In this document: positions 1-11,570 of the stretch, piece after piece
How the letters are laid out: each line of letters starts with the position of its first letter
Numbering within the stretch: the first letter of the stretch is position 1
DNA from: an uncultured Thiotrichaceae bacterium
GTDB lineage: Bacteria; Pseudomonadota; Gammaproteobacteria; Thiotrichales; Thiotrichaceae
DNA: 64,000 nucleotides
Direction: 5' to 3'
Assembly: GCA_937925855.1 (NCBI GenBank)
Contig: CALAMO010000002.1
Location: 16,020 to 80,019 of the forward strand
The notes under the pieces: generated by a model
The model's input: only the letters and a program-made list of their open reading frames with translations
The model's database searches: none
What the model was told of the DNA's origin: nothing
Translations under genes and position numbers: made by a program

Positions 1-917
1 CTTACAACCCCCTCTTCATTTATGGCGGCGTGGGTTTGGGTAAAACGCATTTGATGCATGCCATTGGTAACCGCATTCTAGAGTATAATCCGCGCGCGCA
101 TGTGCTTTATGTTTATGCTGAACGCTTTGTGAACGACATGATCACTGCGCTGCGTAATTCCCGTATCGAAGAGTTTAAACAGCATTACCGCAGCGTTGAT
201 GCCCTGCTGATTGATGATATTCAGTTTTTTGCGGGTAAAGAGCGTTCGATGGAAGAGTTTTTCCACACCTTTAATGCACTGTTGGAAGGTCAGAAACAGA
301 TTATCCTTGCTAGTGATCGTTTTCCGCGCGATGTGGAAGGGATTGATGACCGGCTGCGTTCACGTTTTAACTGGGGTTTAACCGTGCACGTTGAGCCCCC
401 CGATCTGGAGACAAGAGTCGCAATTTTGCGCAAAAAAGCAGAGGATGCTCATCTGGATCTGCCGCAGGATGTGGCCTTTTTTATTGGTAAGCGTTTTCGT
501 TCTAATATCCGTGACTTGGAAGGTGCTCTACAGCGGGTTATTGCGAACATGCGTCTGCGTTGTATCTCTGAGCTGAACATGGATTTTGTGCATGACGCCC
601 TGCGTGACCAGCTCGCCAGCCAAGATAAAATGGTCTCGATCAACAATATAAAGAAGGTGGTCGCGCAGTATTACAATATTCGCGTCAATGAGATGGATTC
701 CAAACGTCGTACCCGCTCTGTTGCGCGGCCCAGACAAATTGCGATGGCCCTGTCGAAGGAATTGACCAGCCACAGCCTGCCTGAAATTGGCAATGATTTT
801 GGTAACCGGGATCATACCACGGTGCTACACGCCTGCCGTAAGGTGCAGGAATTGCGGGATTCAGATAATCGGATTGAGGAGGATTATCGTATCCTAATCC
901 GCACGCTGACCAACTAA
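1..917 (+). CDS. dnaA: Chromosomal replication initiator DnaA, C-terminal ~305 aa (5' end outside the window)
   Basis: The reading frame is open from base 3 ([17 protein letters not shown], the AAA+ Walker A of DnaA). The M at 30 in the ORF track is an internal GTG. DNA-binding motif [11 protein letters not shown] lies near the C-terminus. dnaN-recF-gyrB follow. Confidence 0.97.
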   Translation, partial: YNPLFIYGGVGLGKTHLMHAIGNRILEYNPRAHVLYVYAERFVNDMITALRNSRIEEFKQHYRSVDALLIDDIQFFAGKERSMEEFFHTFNALLEGQKQIILASDRFPRDVEGIDDRLRSRFNWGLTVHVEPPDLETRVAILRKKAEDAHLDLPQDVAFFIGKRFRSNIRDLEGALQRVIANMRLRCISELNMDFVHDALRDQLASQDKMVSINNIKKVVAQYYNIRVNEMDSKRRTRSVARPRQIAMALSKELTSHSLPEIGNDFGNRDHTTVLHACRKVQELRDSDNRIEEDYRILIRTLTN

Positions 918-990
918 ATAAAGCTGCTGGTTAGCAGAACTAACTTGCGCTGTTTTTTTTAATGATTGTGACTGAATAAAGATTTTATAC

Positions 991-2100
991 ATGAAACTAA
1001 CACAGACCCGGGAAACATTACTGGAGTCCCTACAGGCAACACTAGGGGCTATCGAAAAACGCCATACATCGCCTATTCTGGAAAATGTGTTGGTTAGGAT
1101 CGAAAACAGCCAGGTATTCTGGCGTGGCACTGATCTTGAGCTGGAGATTGCGACCTCTTCACAGCTGATTGACTGCGTGGACGGCGAAGTCACGTTGCCG
1201 GCTAGAAAGCTGGCTGATATTTGTAAGGCCTTACCGGCGGAGAGCCTAGTTGCCATTGATATCGACGCTAATAATCGTGCCTTAGTCACCTGTGGCCGCA
1301 GCCGCTTTGAACTGGCGACGCTGCCCGCCGCTGAATTTCCTGAATTAGATGATTTAGGTGCTACCTACCAGTTTGAACTGCCCGAAAATCGACTAAAGAA
1401 TCTATTAGACAGTACGGCGTTTGCCATGGCTAATCAGGATGTCCGTTATTACCTAAATGGTATGTTGCTGGAGCTGACGGCGGAACACATCCGCACGGTG
1501 TCTACCGATGGTCACCGTCTGTCGCTGTCGACACATTGTGATACCGGCTTAGAAGTGGCGGAGTCGCAGCAGGTTATTATTCCACGCAAAGGCGTATTGG
1601 AATTATCAAAGCTGCTGCGGGCGGACTGCCAAGTGCCGGTTGCCGTGCAAATCAGTCAAAATCACCTGCGAGTGCAAATTGATCAGCTGCGCTTTACCAC
1701 CAAGCTGGTCGATGGACGCTATCCAGATTATCAAGCCGCTGTTCCCGCTCAAGGCCATATTCAGCTGGATGTCGATCGTAAAGACTTTCGCAATATGCTA
1801 CAGCGGGTAGCCATCTTGTCGAATGAGAAATTCAGAGGTGTGCGTTTAAGCCTGAGTGAGAATACGCTGCGTGTGCAGTCTACTAACCCCGAACAGGAAA
1901 CCGCCACCGACGAGCTGGATGTTAATTATCAGGGCGATGAATTTAGCATCGGCTTCAATATTAATTATGTGTTGGATGCAGTTAGCCACCTCAGCAATGA
2001 CAATATGGTGTTACAACTGAATTCGCCGGAAAGCAGCGCGCTAATTACCGATCCACAGGATGATACGGTGTGTAATGTTATTATGCCGATCAGGCTTTAA
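991..2100 (+). CDS. dnaN: DNA polymerase III beta sliding clamp
   Basis: 369 aa, typical length. Canonical position after dnaA. Ends ...NVIMPIRL, as beta clamps do. Confidence 0.97.
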   Translation: MKLTQTRETLLESLQATLGAIEKRHTSPILENVLVRIENSQVFWRGTDLELEIATSSQLIDCVDGEVTLPARKLADICKALPAESLVAIDIDANNRALVTCGRSRFELATLPAAEFPELDDLGATYQFELPENRLKNLLDSTAFAMANQDVRYYLNGMLLELTAEHIRTVSTDGHRLSLSTHCDTGLEVAESQQVIIPRKGVLELSKLLRADCQVPVAVQISQNHLRVQIDQLRFTTKLVDGRYPDYQAAVPAQGHIQLDVDRKDFRNMLQRVAILSNEKFRGVRLSLSENTLRVQSTNPEQETATDELDVNYQGDEFSIGFNINYVLDAVSHLSNDNMVLQLNSPESSALITDPQDDTVCNVIMPIRL

Positions 2101-2121
2101 GTTTAATGCTGGTTGCTGTTC

Positions 2122-3219
2122 GTGTGGCTGAAACAACTGACCGTTGAAAATTGCCGGGTTATTGAGCGAGCCGTATTAGCGCTTTCCCCTCGGACTAATT
2201 TACTGATTGGTGATAATGCGGCGGGCAAGTCCAGCCTGCTGGAAGCCTTAGCGATACTGTCGCGGGGCCGTTCCTTCCGCAGCCCGCGAATTCAAGAAGT
2301 GATTAGGTACGGTGCAGAGACCTTGACGGTCGCAGGTAAGGTTGACAGTAGCGTCGTTAGCGCCGAATACCCTATAGGTATTAGTAAGACGGCGCAGCTA
2401 ACCCGAATTCGGATTAATCATGCGGATATAAGTCAACAGGCTGAACTAAGCAGTCACTTACCGCTGACAGTTGTCCATCCCGATACCCTGGATATATTAA
2501 GCGGCAGTCCAGCACAGCGGCGCGCTTTACTTGATTGGGTGGCCTTTTACCGGTCAGCTGATTTTCATCAGGACTGGCGTAGTTACCAGCGGGTGCTTAA
2601 ACAACGCAACGTTTGTTTGCGTGATGAACAGCAGCGTTTTGCCCTCCAGCACTGGACCGATAAACTTGCAGCGTTACAACCCACTATTCATCGTGCTCGC
2701 TGCGACGCTTTGGACGCCTTAAACCGAGTGCTGGATACCTTGGCCTCGTTGTTTACCCACACCGGAATGCCTGAGCTGAAATTACAGTCTGGTTTTCCAG
2801 CGACGGTAAAGCCTGATGACTATGAGTCAATACGCCGTTTTTTACAGGCGCGTCAGGCGCATGAAATTCAGCACGGTTTGAGTTTATATGGCTGTCATCG
2901 TGGTGACCTACAGGTGACTTTAAACGGCATTCTGGCAGCACGCTATGCGTCACGCGGCCAACTAAAAATGCTGGGGGTGGCGCTGTTGCTGGCACAGAGT
3001 CAGGCAATCACCACGGAAACTTCAAAACGCGGTATTATAGCCATTGATGATTTGATCTCAGAGTTAGATATGGAAAATCAAACCTTGTTATACCGGGTGC
3101 TGGAACAGACCGAACAGCAGCTGATTGTGACGGGCACACAGGCTCCGGGTGGTAAGCATTTAATGGGTGCTGGGAAAATGTTTCATGTGAAACATGGCAT
3201 ATTTAACGAAGTATCATAA
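2122..3219 (+). CDS. recF: DNA replication/repair protein RecF
   Basis: Walker A GDNAAGKSSLLEA, and position between dnaN and gyrB. The ORF track starts at TTG 2113. In-frame GTG 2122 gives an N-terminus (MWLKQLTVENCR) that aligns with the usual RecF start. The start remains uncertain. Confidence 0.93.
   Translation: MWLKQLTVENCRVIERAVLALSPRTNLLIGDNAAGKSSLLEALAILSRGRSFRSPRIQEVIRYGAETLTVAGKVDSSVVSAEYPIGISKTAQLTRIRINHADISQQAELSSHLPLTVVHPDTLDILSGSPAQRRALLDWVAFYRSADFHQDWRSYQRVLKQRNVCLRDEQQRFALQHWTDKLAALQPTIHRARCDALDALNRVLDTLASLFTHTGMPELKLQSGFPATVKPDDYESIRRFLQARQAHEIQHGLSLYGCHRGDLQVTLNGILAARYASRGQLKMLGVALLLAQSQAITTETSKRGIIAIDDLISELDMENQTLLYRVLEQTEQQLIVTGTQAPGGKHLMGAGKMFHVKHGIFNEVS
3178..3195. repeat. 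18-nt palindrome ATGTTTCATGTGAAACAT inside the recF 3' end (copy 1 of 3)
   Basis: Read directly. Its reverse complement shares 17 nt (ATGTTTCACATGAAACA) with the copy at 5817-5833. Confidence 0.8.
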
Positions 3220-3290
3220 TGGGCATGAAAAAAATTTCACCTTCAAGCAGGCAAGCTTGCGACTTGCAGCACGCAACAGCTGCATATTAA

Positions 3291-5747
<2,457 letters not shown>

Positions 5748-5771
5748 TCATAGGCCTTAAGTGCCTTAAAT

Positions 5772-5814
5772 ACGGCACCTGTGTTTCACATGAAACGTAA
5801 GGTGCCGTTTTGTT
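5772..5814 (+). terminator. Probable gyrB intrinsic terminator
   Basis: Stem ACGGCACC (5772-5779) pairs with GGTGCCGT (5801-5808) and is followed by TTTTGTT. The loop itself contains the GTTTCACATGAAAC palindrome. Confidence 0.55.
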
Positions 5815-5832
5815 AAATGTTTCACATGAAAC
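5783..5832. repeat. Two direct copies of palindrome GTTTCACATGAAAC (5783-5796 and 5819-5832) upstream of prlC
   Basis: Read directly. The arms GTTTCA/TGAAAC are separated by 2 nt, and the copies sit 36 bp apart. Confidence 0.8.
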
Positions 5833-5849
5833 AATGAGCACAGTAAACC

Positions 5850-7952
5850 ATGAAGAAATCCCATTCTGGTGCAAATGAATCTGCGACCCAGGCTGCGGCA
5901 GTCAGCACCAATCCTTTATTGCAACAAGATGACCTGCCCTTATTCGCCCAAATCAAACCAGAGCACGTTGTCCCTGCCTTAGAACAGGTGTTAGTAGAAA
6001 ATCGAAGCTGGCTGGCTGAGCGCTTACAACAAACCGATCTAACGCCTAGCTGGGATAATTTGCTCTACCCGTTGGATGAGAAGAACAACTGGATGGAGCG
6101 CATGTGGTCGCCGGTTAGCCATATGAATGCGGTGGTAAACACTGGGGCAATGCGGGATGCTTATAACGGCTGTTTACCTAAACTCAGTGAGTATCAAACA
6201 GAAATCGGTCAAAACAGTCAGCTCTATCAAGCCGTCAAACACATCAGCCAGCAGTCAGAAAACCTCAATGCCGGGCAGCGTAAGGCGCTAGAAAACAGCC
6301 TACTATCGTTTCAGCTGAGTGGAATTGGTCTATCTGCGGTGGATAAGACCCGCTTTCGTGAAATTAGCCAGGAGCTGGCACAGTTAAGTGCCCGCTTCTC
6401 CGATAACGTATTGGATGCTAACAATGGCTGGTTCAAGCAGATTAGTGCTAAAGAGCATCTCAGTGGCTTGCCAGATTCTGCGTTAGGAATGGCACAGCAG
6501 GCCGCCGAGCAGCGCGAACTAGACGGTTGGGTTATTACGTTGGATTTCCCGAGTTACCTGAGCGTGATGCAGTACGCCGATAACCGGGAACTGCGGGCGG
6601 AGGTTTATCGGGCTTATACGACCCGTGCCTCAGATTTAGGCGCTGATCCTGCACAGGACAATAGCCAAGTGATGCGTGATATTTTGCGTCTGCGCCAGGA
6701 AAAAGCTGAGCTATTGGGCTACGCCAATTACGCGGAGGTGTCTCTGGCACGCAAGATGGCTGAGGATACGACTCAGGTCATTAGCTTTTTGCGTGATCTA
6801 GCCGTAAAGAGTAAGCCTGTGGCGGAGCGTGAGTTTGCAGAGGTCTCTGCATTTGCGGCGGAGCACTTAGCGATAGATGATACCCAGCCCTGGGATGTCA
6901 CTTATGTCAGCGAGAAGATGCGCCAGTCGCTATTTGACTTCAGTGCTGAAGACCTGAAACCCTACTTTCCTGTGGATCAGGTAATTGAGGGCTTATTCCA
7001 GCTAGTGAGCCGTCTGTATAAAGTCACTATTGAGCCTTCAGATAAGACCGTGGAGTTATGGCATCCTGACGTGAAGTTTTTTCGCATATTGGATCGCACA
7101 GGCACGCTTTGTGCGGAGTTTTATCTGGATCTGTATGCGCGCCAGCATAAGCGTGGTGGTGCCTGGATGAGCGATTACTGCGGGCGTTTTCAGCAGCGTC
7201 ATCAGCTACAGACGCCAGTGGCTTTTATGACCTGTAACGGCAGTCCGCCGGTCGGTGATCAGCCCGCCTTATTCACGCATGATGAAGTCGTTACCCTCTT
7301 CCATGAGTTTGGACATGGTTTGCATCACATGTTAACCCGCGTTGATTACCCTGATATTGCCGGTATCAGCGGTGTTGAATGGGACGCGGTCGAGTTGCCT
7401 AGCCAATTTATGGAAAACTGGTGTTGGGAGCGCGAAGTATTAGATCTGATTGGTGGTCATTGGCAAACTGGCGAGCCCTTACCCCAGGCATTGTTTGAGA
7501 AAATGCAGGCCGCGCGTCATTTCCAAAGTGCGATGGGCATGGTGCGCCAGCTAGAGTTTGCGCTGTTTGATATGCACCTGCATATTGATCCACAGGCGGC
7601 TTCGATCGGTCGTCTTGAGCACATTATGCAGGCCGTGCGTGATGAAGTTGCGGTGATAAAAGCACCGGACTTCAATCGAATGATGCATAGTTTTTCTCAT
7701 ATTTTTGCTGGGGGGTATGCGGCGGGCTATTACAGCTATAAGTGGGCGGAGGTGCTTTCAGCTGATGTTTATGCGCGTTTCGAGGAAGAAGGCTTGTTTA
7801 ATGAGCAGGTCGGCGAGTCATTTTTGACTGAGGTCTTGCAGGTCGGTAGCTCGCGTCCAGCCATGGATTCCTTTGTTGCTTTTCGCGGTCGAAAGCCAAA
7901 AATCGATGCTTTACTGCGCCACAGCGGGTTGGCAGAAGCGGAGATAACTTAA
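5850..7952 (+). CDS. prlC: Oligopeptidase A (M3 family zinc metallopeptidase)
   Basis: 700 aa. HEFGHGLHH zinc motif. Overall M3 architecture and length. Confidence 0.92.
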   Translation: MKKSHSGANESATQAAAVSTNPLLQQDDLPLFAQIKPEHVVPALEQVLVENRSWLAERLQQTDLTPSWDNLLYPLDEKNNWMERMWSPVSHMNAVVNTGAMRDAYNGCLPKLSEYQTEIGQNSQLYQAVKHISQQSENLNAGQRKALENSLLSFQLSGIGLSAVDKTRFREISQELAQLSARFSDNVLDANNGWFKQISAKEHLSGLPDSALGMAQQAAEQRELDGWVITLDFPSYLSVMQYADNRELRAEVYRAYTTRASDLGADPAQDNSQVMRDILRLRQEKAELLGYANYAEVSLARKMAEDTTQVISFLRDLAVKSKPVAEREFAEVSAFAAEHLAIDDTQPWDVTYVSEKMRQSLFDFSAEDLKPYFPVDQVIEGLFQLVSRLYKVTIEPSDKTVELWHPDVKFFRILDRTGTLCAEFYLDLYARQHKRGGAWMSDYCGRFQQRHQLQTPVAFMTCNGSPPVGDQPALFTHDEVVTLFHEFGHGLHHMLTRVDYPDIAGISGVEWDAVELPSQFMENWCWEREVLDLIGGHWQTGEPLPQALFEKMQAARHFQSAMGMVRQLEFALFDMHLHIDPQAASIGRLEHIMQAVRDEVAVIKAPDFNRMMHSFSHIFAGGYAAGYYSYKWAEVLSADVYARFEEEGLFNEQVGESFLTEVLQVGSSRPAMDSFVAFRGRKPKIDALLRHSGLAEAEIT

Positions 7953-8126
7953 CCAATGCTGAGTTTAATCTTAACCTTAGCTGAGTGAAAAGTCGCGTAA
8001 CTTCATGTTTTATAACAAATAAATTCCGCTTGGCGTAAAAAAAACTATTTTTATCGGCTGAATGTTCACACGCTAACCGGGTTTGGGGTTTACTGGTTTT
8101 ATTCCAACGAACCCCAAGTTGTGTGA

Positions 8127-9014
8127 ATGAGAACAAAACTAATTATTATGGCGCAGCTCATTTTGAGCGCGCTACTCATCTCTGCTGCGACCACAGCAGC
8201 CCTGACCGACAATAGTGCCACCCAATTAAAGCCAAGCGTAAGCGCTCCGTCAGTGCTAACGAGTCTGGCGGCTGTGCGACCTAGCCGCATGAATAGCACG
8301 CAGCTTACGATGCTCAATGGTAAAAACCTACAGTTACAGACGGGTATTGCGAATGAGCTAGCGATTGCTGATCAGCGTATCCATTGGACGATAAGCCAAC
8401 ATGGCGAGTCAGTTAAAACGCTACGCGGCAATCTGCAAGCGGTGGATTTACCAGAGGGTTTATACACCGTCCAACTAGCAGTGGGGCATTATCGTAGCGT
8501 AAAGCAGGTAAATATCCGACACGACCAGCAGATACAGCTCTACTTCAGTGCGGCGCTCGCCGAACTGCGTCTTAGCTCGAATCAGGCTATTGATTGGCTG
8601 ATTACAGACAGCAGTAAGCGTAGCTACCGCATAAACGCTAAATCACAATTCAATGAGTTATTGCCAGCGGGCAGTTATACGGTGCGTGCCCTGTGGGGCG
8701 GCCTAGCGTTAGACAAAAAGCTGCATATTCAGGCGGGGCAGCAGCTAGAAGCTAGTTTGAATATGCCTATCGCAAAGGTCAGACTTATGGCGACTAAAGA
8801 CAGTCAGCCACTGTTTAAAGCGGTTGCCTGGGATGTGTATCGGTTAACGGATGGGGCGCGCAAGCTAGTGGGACAGTATTATTTGCATAACCGTGCGATC
8901 AGTATCCCCCCCGGTCATTATGAAGCGGTCGCTAGGTATCAAGGGAACAGTGGTAAGCGCCAGTTCCGCGTACGAGAAAACAGCACCAATAATGTCATTT
9001 TGGCCTTAAATTAA
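8127..9014 (+). CDS. Hypothetical secreted protein with repeated G-x-Y-x-V beta-strand-like modules
   Basis: Hydrophobic N-terminal signal-like segment (AQLILSALLISAATTAAL). Recurring motifs GLYTVQLAVGHY, GSYTVRALWGG and GHYEAVARYQG. No SD recognised. Confidence 0.55.
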   Translation: MRTKLIIMAQLILSALLISAATTAALTDNSATQLKPSVSAPSVLTSLAAVRPSRMNSTQLTMLNGKNLQLQTGIANELAIADQRIHWTISQHGESVKTLRGNLQAVDLPEGLYTVQLAVGHYRSVKQVNIRHDQQIQLYFSAALAELRLSSNQAIDWLITDSSKRSYRINAKSQFNELLPAGSYTVRALWGGLALDKKLHIQAGQQLEASLNMPIAKVRLMATKDSQPLFKAVAWDVYRLTDGARKLVGQYYLHNRAISIPPGHYEAVARYQGNSGKRQFRVRENSTNNVILALN

Positions 9015-9103
9015 AGCGCTCGTTTTATGCGCTTTAGCGCTGCCCCATAGGTTTATGTGAGGGACTTGCTTTACTGTCTTGGGATGTGGGTTGGCGTGAG
9101 ACG

Positions 9104-9637
9104 TTATACCTGTGCCTTCGTCGCTTGCGCTAGCTTGACGTATTGATTGGCTGAATAAGTCAGGCTGGCGCTTTCTTCGGGCGTTAGCGCGCGAATTTTT
9201 TTCACTGGGCTGCCCATCCACAAAAAGCCGCTGTCTAGTTTCTTCCCTGGCGGCACCACGCTGGCGGCCGCAATGATGGTATTGTCTGCAATGACAGCCC
9301 CATCGAGTAGGGTTGCATTCATGCCGATCAGACAGCGATTACCTATAGTGCAGGCATGGAGTACCGCTTTATGCCCAACGGTTACCTCATCCCCTATAAT
9401 TAATGGCCGTCCACCTGGTGTATAAGGCCCATCATGCGTGACATGGAGTACGGCACCGTCTTGAATATTACTGCGCTCGCCGATACTGATCATATTAACA
9501 TCGCCTCGAATCACCGCCATTGGCCAAACTGACGAGTCGGCCCCGATGGTGGTTTGTCCACTGACATAAGCCGTTGTATCGACATAGGCTGAGGGATGTA
9601 TCGAGGGCGTGTAGGGGCCAAAGATCTTAATGGTCAT
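9104..9637 (-). CDS. Gamma carbonic anhydrase-like / hexapeptide-repeat protein (YrdA/PaaY/CaiE family)
   Basis: 177 aa. Left-handed beta-helix hexapeptide repeats and the VIRGDVN...IGERSNIQDG...LH signature. Confidence 0.85.
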   Translation of the reverse strand: MTIKIFGPYTPSIHPSAYVDTTAYVSGQTTIGADSSVWPMAVIRGDVNMISIGERSNIQDGAVLHVTHDGPYTPGGRPLIIGDEVTVGHKAVLHACTIGNRCLIGMNATLLDGAVIADNTIIAAASVVPPGKKLDSGFLWMGSPVKKIRALTPEESASLTYSANQYVKLAQATKAQV

Positions 9638-9667
9638 ATTAATACGCGGTGTGAGTGGGATTTAGGG

Positions 9668-9922
9668 TCAGTGTGTGCTGGTGTATTTATCATCGCCGGG
9701 TGGGAGCTGTAGGAAATAACCGTTCTCTGTGATGTTACGCATCACTTCCCCCGCGTCTGCCAACGTGAGTTTGCGTTCGGGGTAGAGCTTGAAGTCAAAC
9801 GAAAATTCGGCCTCTCCGAACAGTTTGAGCAGTGAGGCGGGTACATCTGCAAAGTTATCCTGCTTGGGCAGGAATAGGTAAGTGTTTGATTTTTTTTTGC
9901 TGCGATAAACAAAACATTGCAT
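9668..9922 (-). CDS. YcgL-domain protein
   Basis: 84 aa. MQCFVYRSKKKSNTYLFL... resembles the YcgL family N-terminus. Confidence 0.75.
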   Translation of the reverse strand: MQCFVYRSKKKSNTYLFLPKQDNFADVPASLLKLFGEAEFSFDFKLYPERKLTLADAGEVMRNITENGYFLQLPPGDDKYTSTH

Positions 9923-9934
9923 CGATGGTGTGTC

Positions 9935-10567
9935 CTAACGGGCTTTTTTCATGATTTCTGATTGTTTGATGTCATTAAAATTAATTCTTTGTTCGAGGAT
10001 GTTGCCGTCGACCCGTCGCTCGATAATGACACCTTTATCATCTACAGCAAGCACCTTGCCCTCAAAACGCTTGCGGTCAATGCGGGTCAGACGCACATAG
10101 TGGCCGATATATTGGCCAAGACCAGTAGACGCAATCTCTTGATAAGACATGCTGTAGAGCGCACTTTTGGGCAGTGCTTTGCCGACTGCAACCGGTGTTA
10201 CTGAGTTGTTGTCGCTGCCGTTTGCATTGACTGTTAGATTATCCCGGTTTAAATCCAATCCCGTTACCCCTATCCCGCCTTGCGTCGTTGGTGCAGCAGG
10301 ATCTGTATTATGGGTGTATCGGTACACATGTTGATCGGCACCGGCATACCAGCAGCCAATAGCGACTAACAGACCGATAGCACCTGTTAATACCCAGCGA
10401 TAAACGCGGTGCCATAGGCTAGGTAAGACCAGTAAATTTAGCACCAGAACAATTGAAAATAGACCGGTAATAAAATGATGATTAAAACCGGCAAAAATCA
10501 CCCGCAGCCAGCTCAGTACAAACAAGAGCAGTCCGATGACGAAGGCGCCGAGTAGTAAATATTCCAA
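9935..10567 (-). CDS. Membrane protein with 4 predicted TM segments and a soluble C-terminal domain
   Basis: TTG start preceded by AAGGAAG at 7 nt. Hydrophobic N-terminal half. No family recognised. Confidence 0.6.
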   Translation of the reverse strand: MEYLLLGAFVIGLLLFVLSWLRVIFAGFNHHFITGLFSIVLVLNLLVLPSLWHRVYRWVLTGAIGLLVAIGCWYAGADQHVYRYTHNTDPAAPTTQGGIGVTGLDLNRDNLTVNANGSDNNSVTPVAVGKALPKSALYSMSYQEIASTGLGQYIGHYVRLTRIDRKRFEGKVLAVDDKGVIIERRVDGNILEQRINFNDIKQSEIMKKAR

Positions 10568-10939
10568 CGTGAATCTTCCTTATACCCTGAACGCATGAGG
10601 ATTGCTGTTCAGTCTGTCGGTCATAGTATAACCGTATAGCCGAGAAACGTATGACTTTTGTCTCTAGCATTTTTTATCATGTGTCACTGTTACAGGCGTA
10701 GTGCAGTTTAACAGATAGTTTTTGTGTGTATAATGATCAGTTGCTTTGTGTGTTCGTTTTCTATCAGTAAAACTACCGTTCAGCTCAGCCAATCTTGGCT
10801 TGGTTGCGTACGACTTTTGATCAACCCTATTTCGGCGCGGTAAAACCCTTATGCTGTACTACACTAGTGAGCATTAATAAGCGTTTTGCATTTGTGTTTT
10901 GGCAATATCCGATATAACTAACCCCGTTAGGAGTGTGTG

Positions 10940-11494
10940 ATGAATATTCAGCTTGGAGGCATGAAGAGCCGTATCGCTGCGTCTCTGTTTTTCACTTTTC
11001 TGATTTCTGGTGCTGGTCCTGTGAGTGCATCAACACAAATTAAGAAGCCATTGGAGGCTGGGCCGATTGCGAATGATGCGGAAGCACAGCAAAAATGCCC
11101 TCGGCTGGCTAAGCAGAATCGCGCCCGCTGGACTGGGCAATGGTGGTCTATCGCTTCTGGAGATATGGCGGTGTGTGAGTTGGAGACCTTATACCGCGAT
11201 ATTGCCGCCGGTCAGCTGCGTAACAAGCAGGAAGCGACAGGCCGTTGTCCGACGCTGGCGCAAAAATACCGGGCGCGCTGGACGGGAAAGTGGCGTACTG
11301 ATGCGCGTACCCGCCAGTCTTTTTGTGAGCTGGACTACAGTATCCGTGAGTTGGAAGCCGGTTTTATCAGCAATCAACAGCAGGCGCAGCAGCGCTGCCA
11401 ACAGATGGCGCAGAGTAATAAGGCGCGCTGGACGGGTCGCTGGCGCACGACGGTGCCGGGTAAAATGTCGATGTGCCAACTGAATTTCATCTGA
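10940..11494 (+). CDS. Secreted protein made of three tandem MVL-like (mannan-binding lectin-like) repeats
   Basis: AGGAG at 10929-10933, 6 nt before ATG 10940. Signal peptide. Three ~50-aa repeats share AG..N...A...CP.LA......RWTG.W.......M..C.L. Confidence 0.7.
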   Translation: MNIQLGGMKSRIAASLFFTFLISGAGPVSASTQIKKPLEAGPIANDAEAQQKCPRLAKQNRARWTGQWWSIASGDMAVCELETLYRDIAAGQLRNKQEATGRCPTLAQKYRARWTGKWRTDARTRQSFCELDYSIRELEAGFISNQQQAQQRCQQMAQSNKARWTGRWRTTVPGKMSMCQLNFI

Positions 11495-11570
11495 TAGGTC
11501 GTTGGCGCAGCCAGCGGTGAGACCTATAACTCGGCTGACTGATTCAGTGGTTTCAGTGGCCTCCGCGGCG

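Noticed and set aside
918-990. Search for oriC-type DnaA boxes (TTATCCACA) in the dnaA-dnaN spacer and nearby
   Set aside because: No consensus or near-consensus clusters were seen. oriC is presumably upstream of dnaA, outside the window.
11025-11483. 152-aa alternative-frame ORF and a 96-aa antisense ORF (11189-11479) within the MVL-like gene
   Set aside because: Only the 10940 frame shows a signal peptide, an SD and a threefold repeat with conserved Cys/Trp. The others are Arg-rich frame artefacts.
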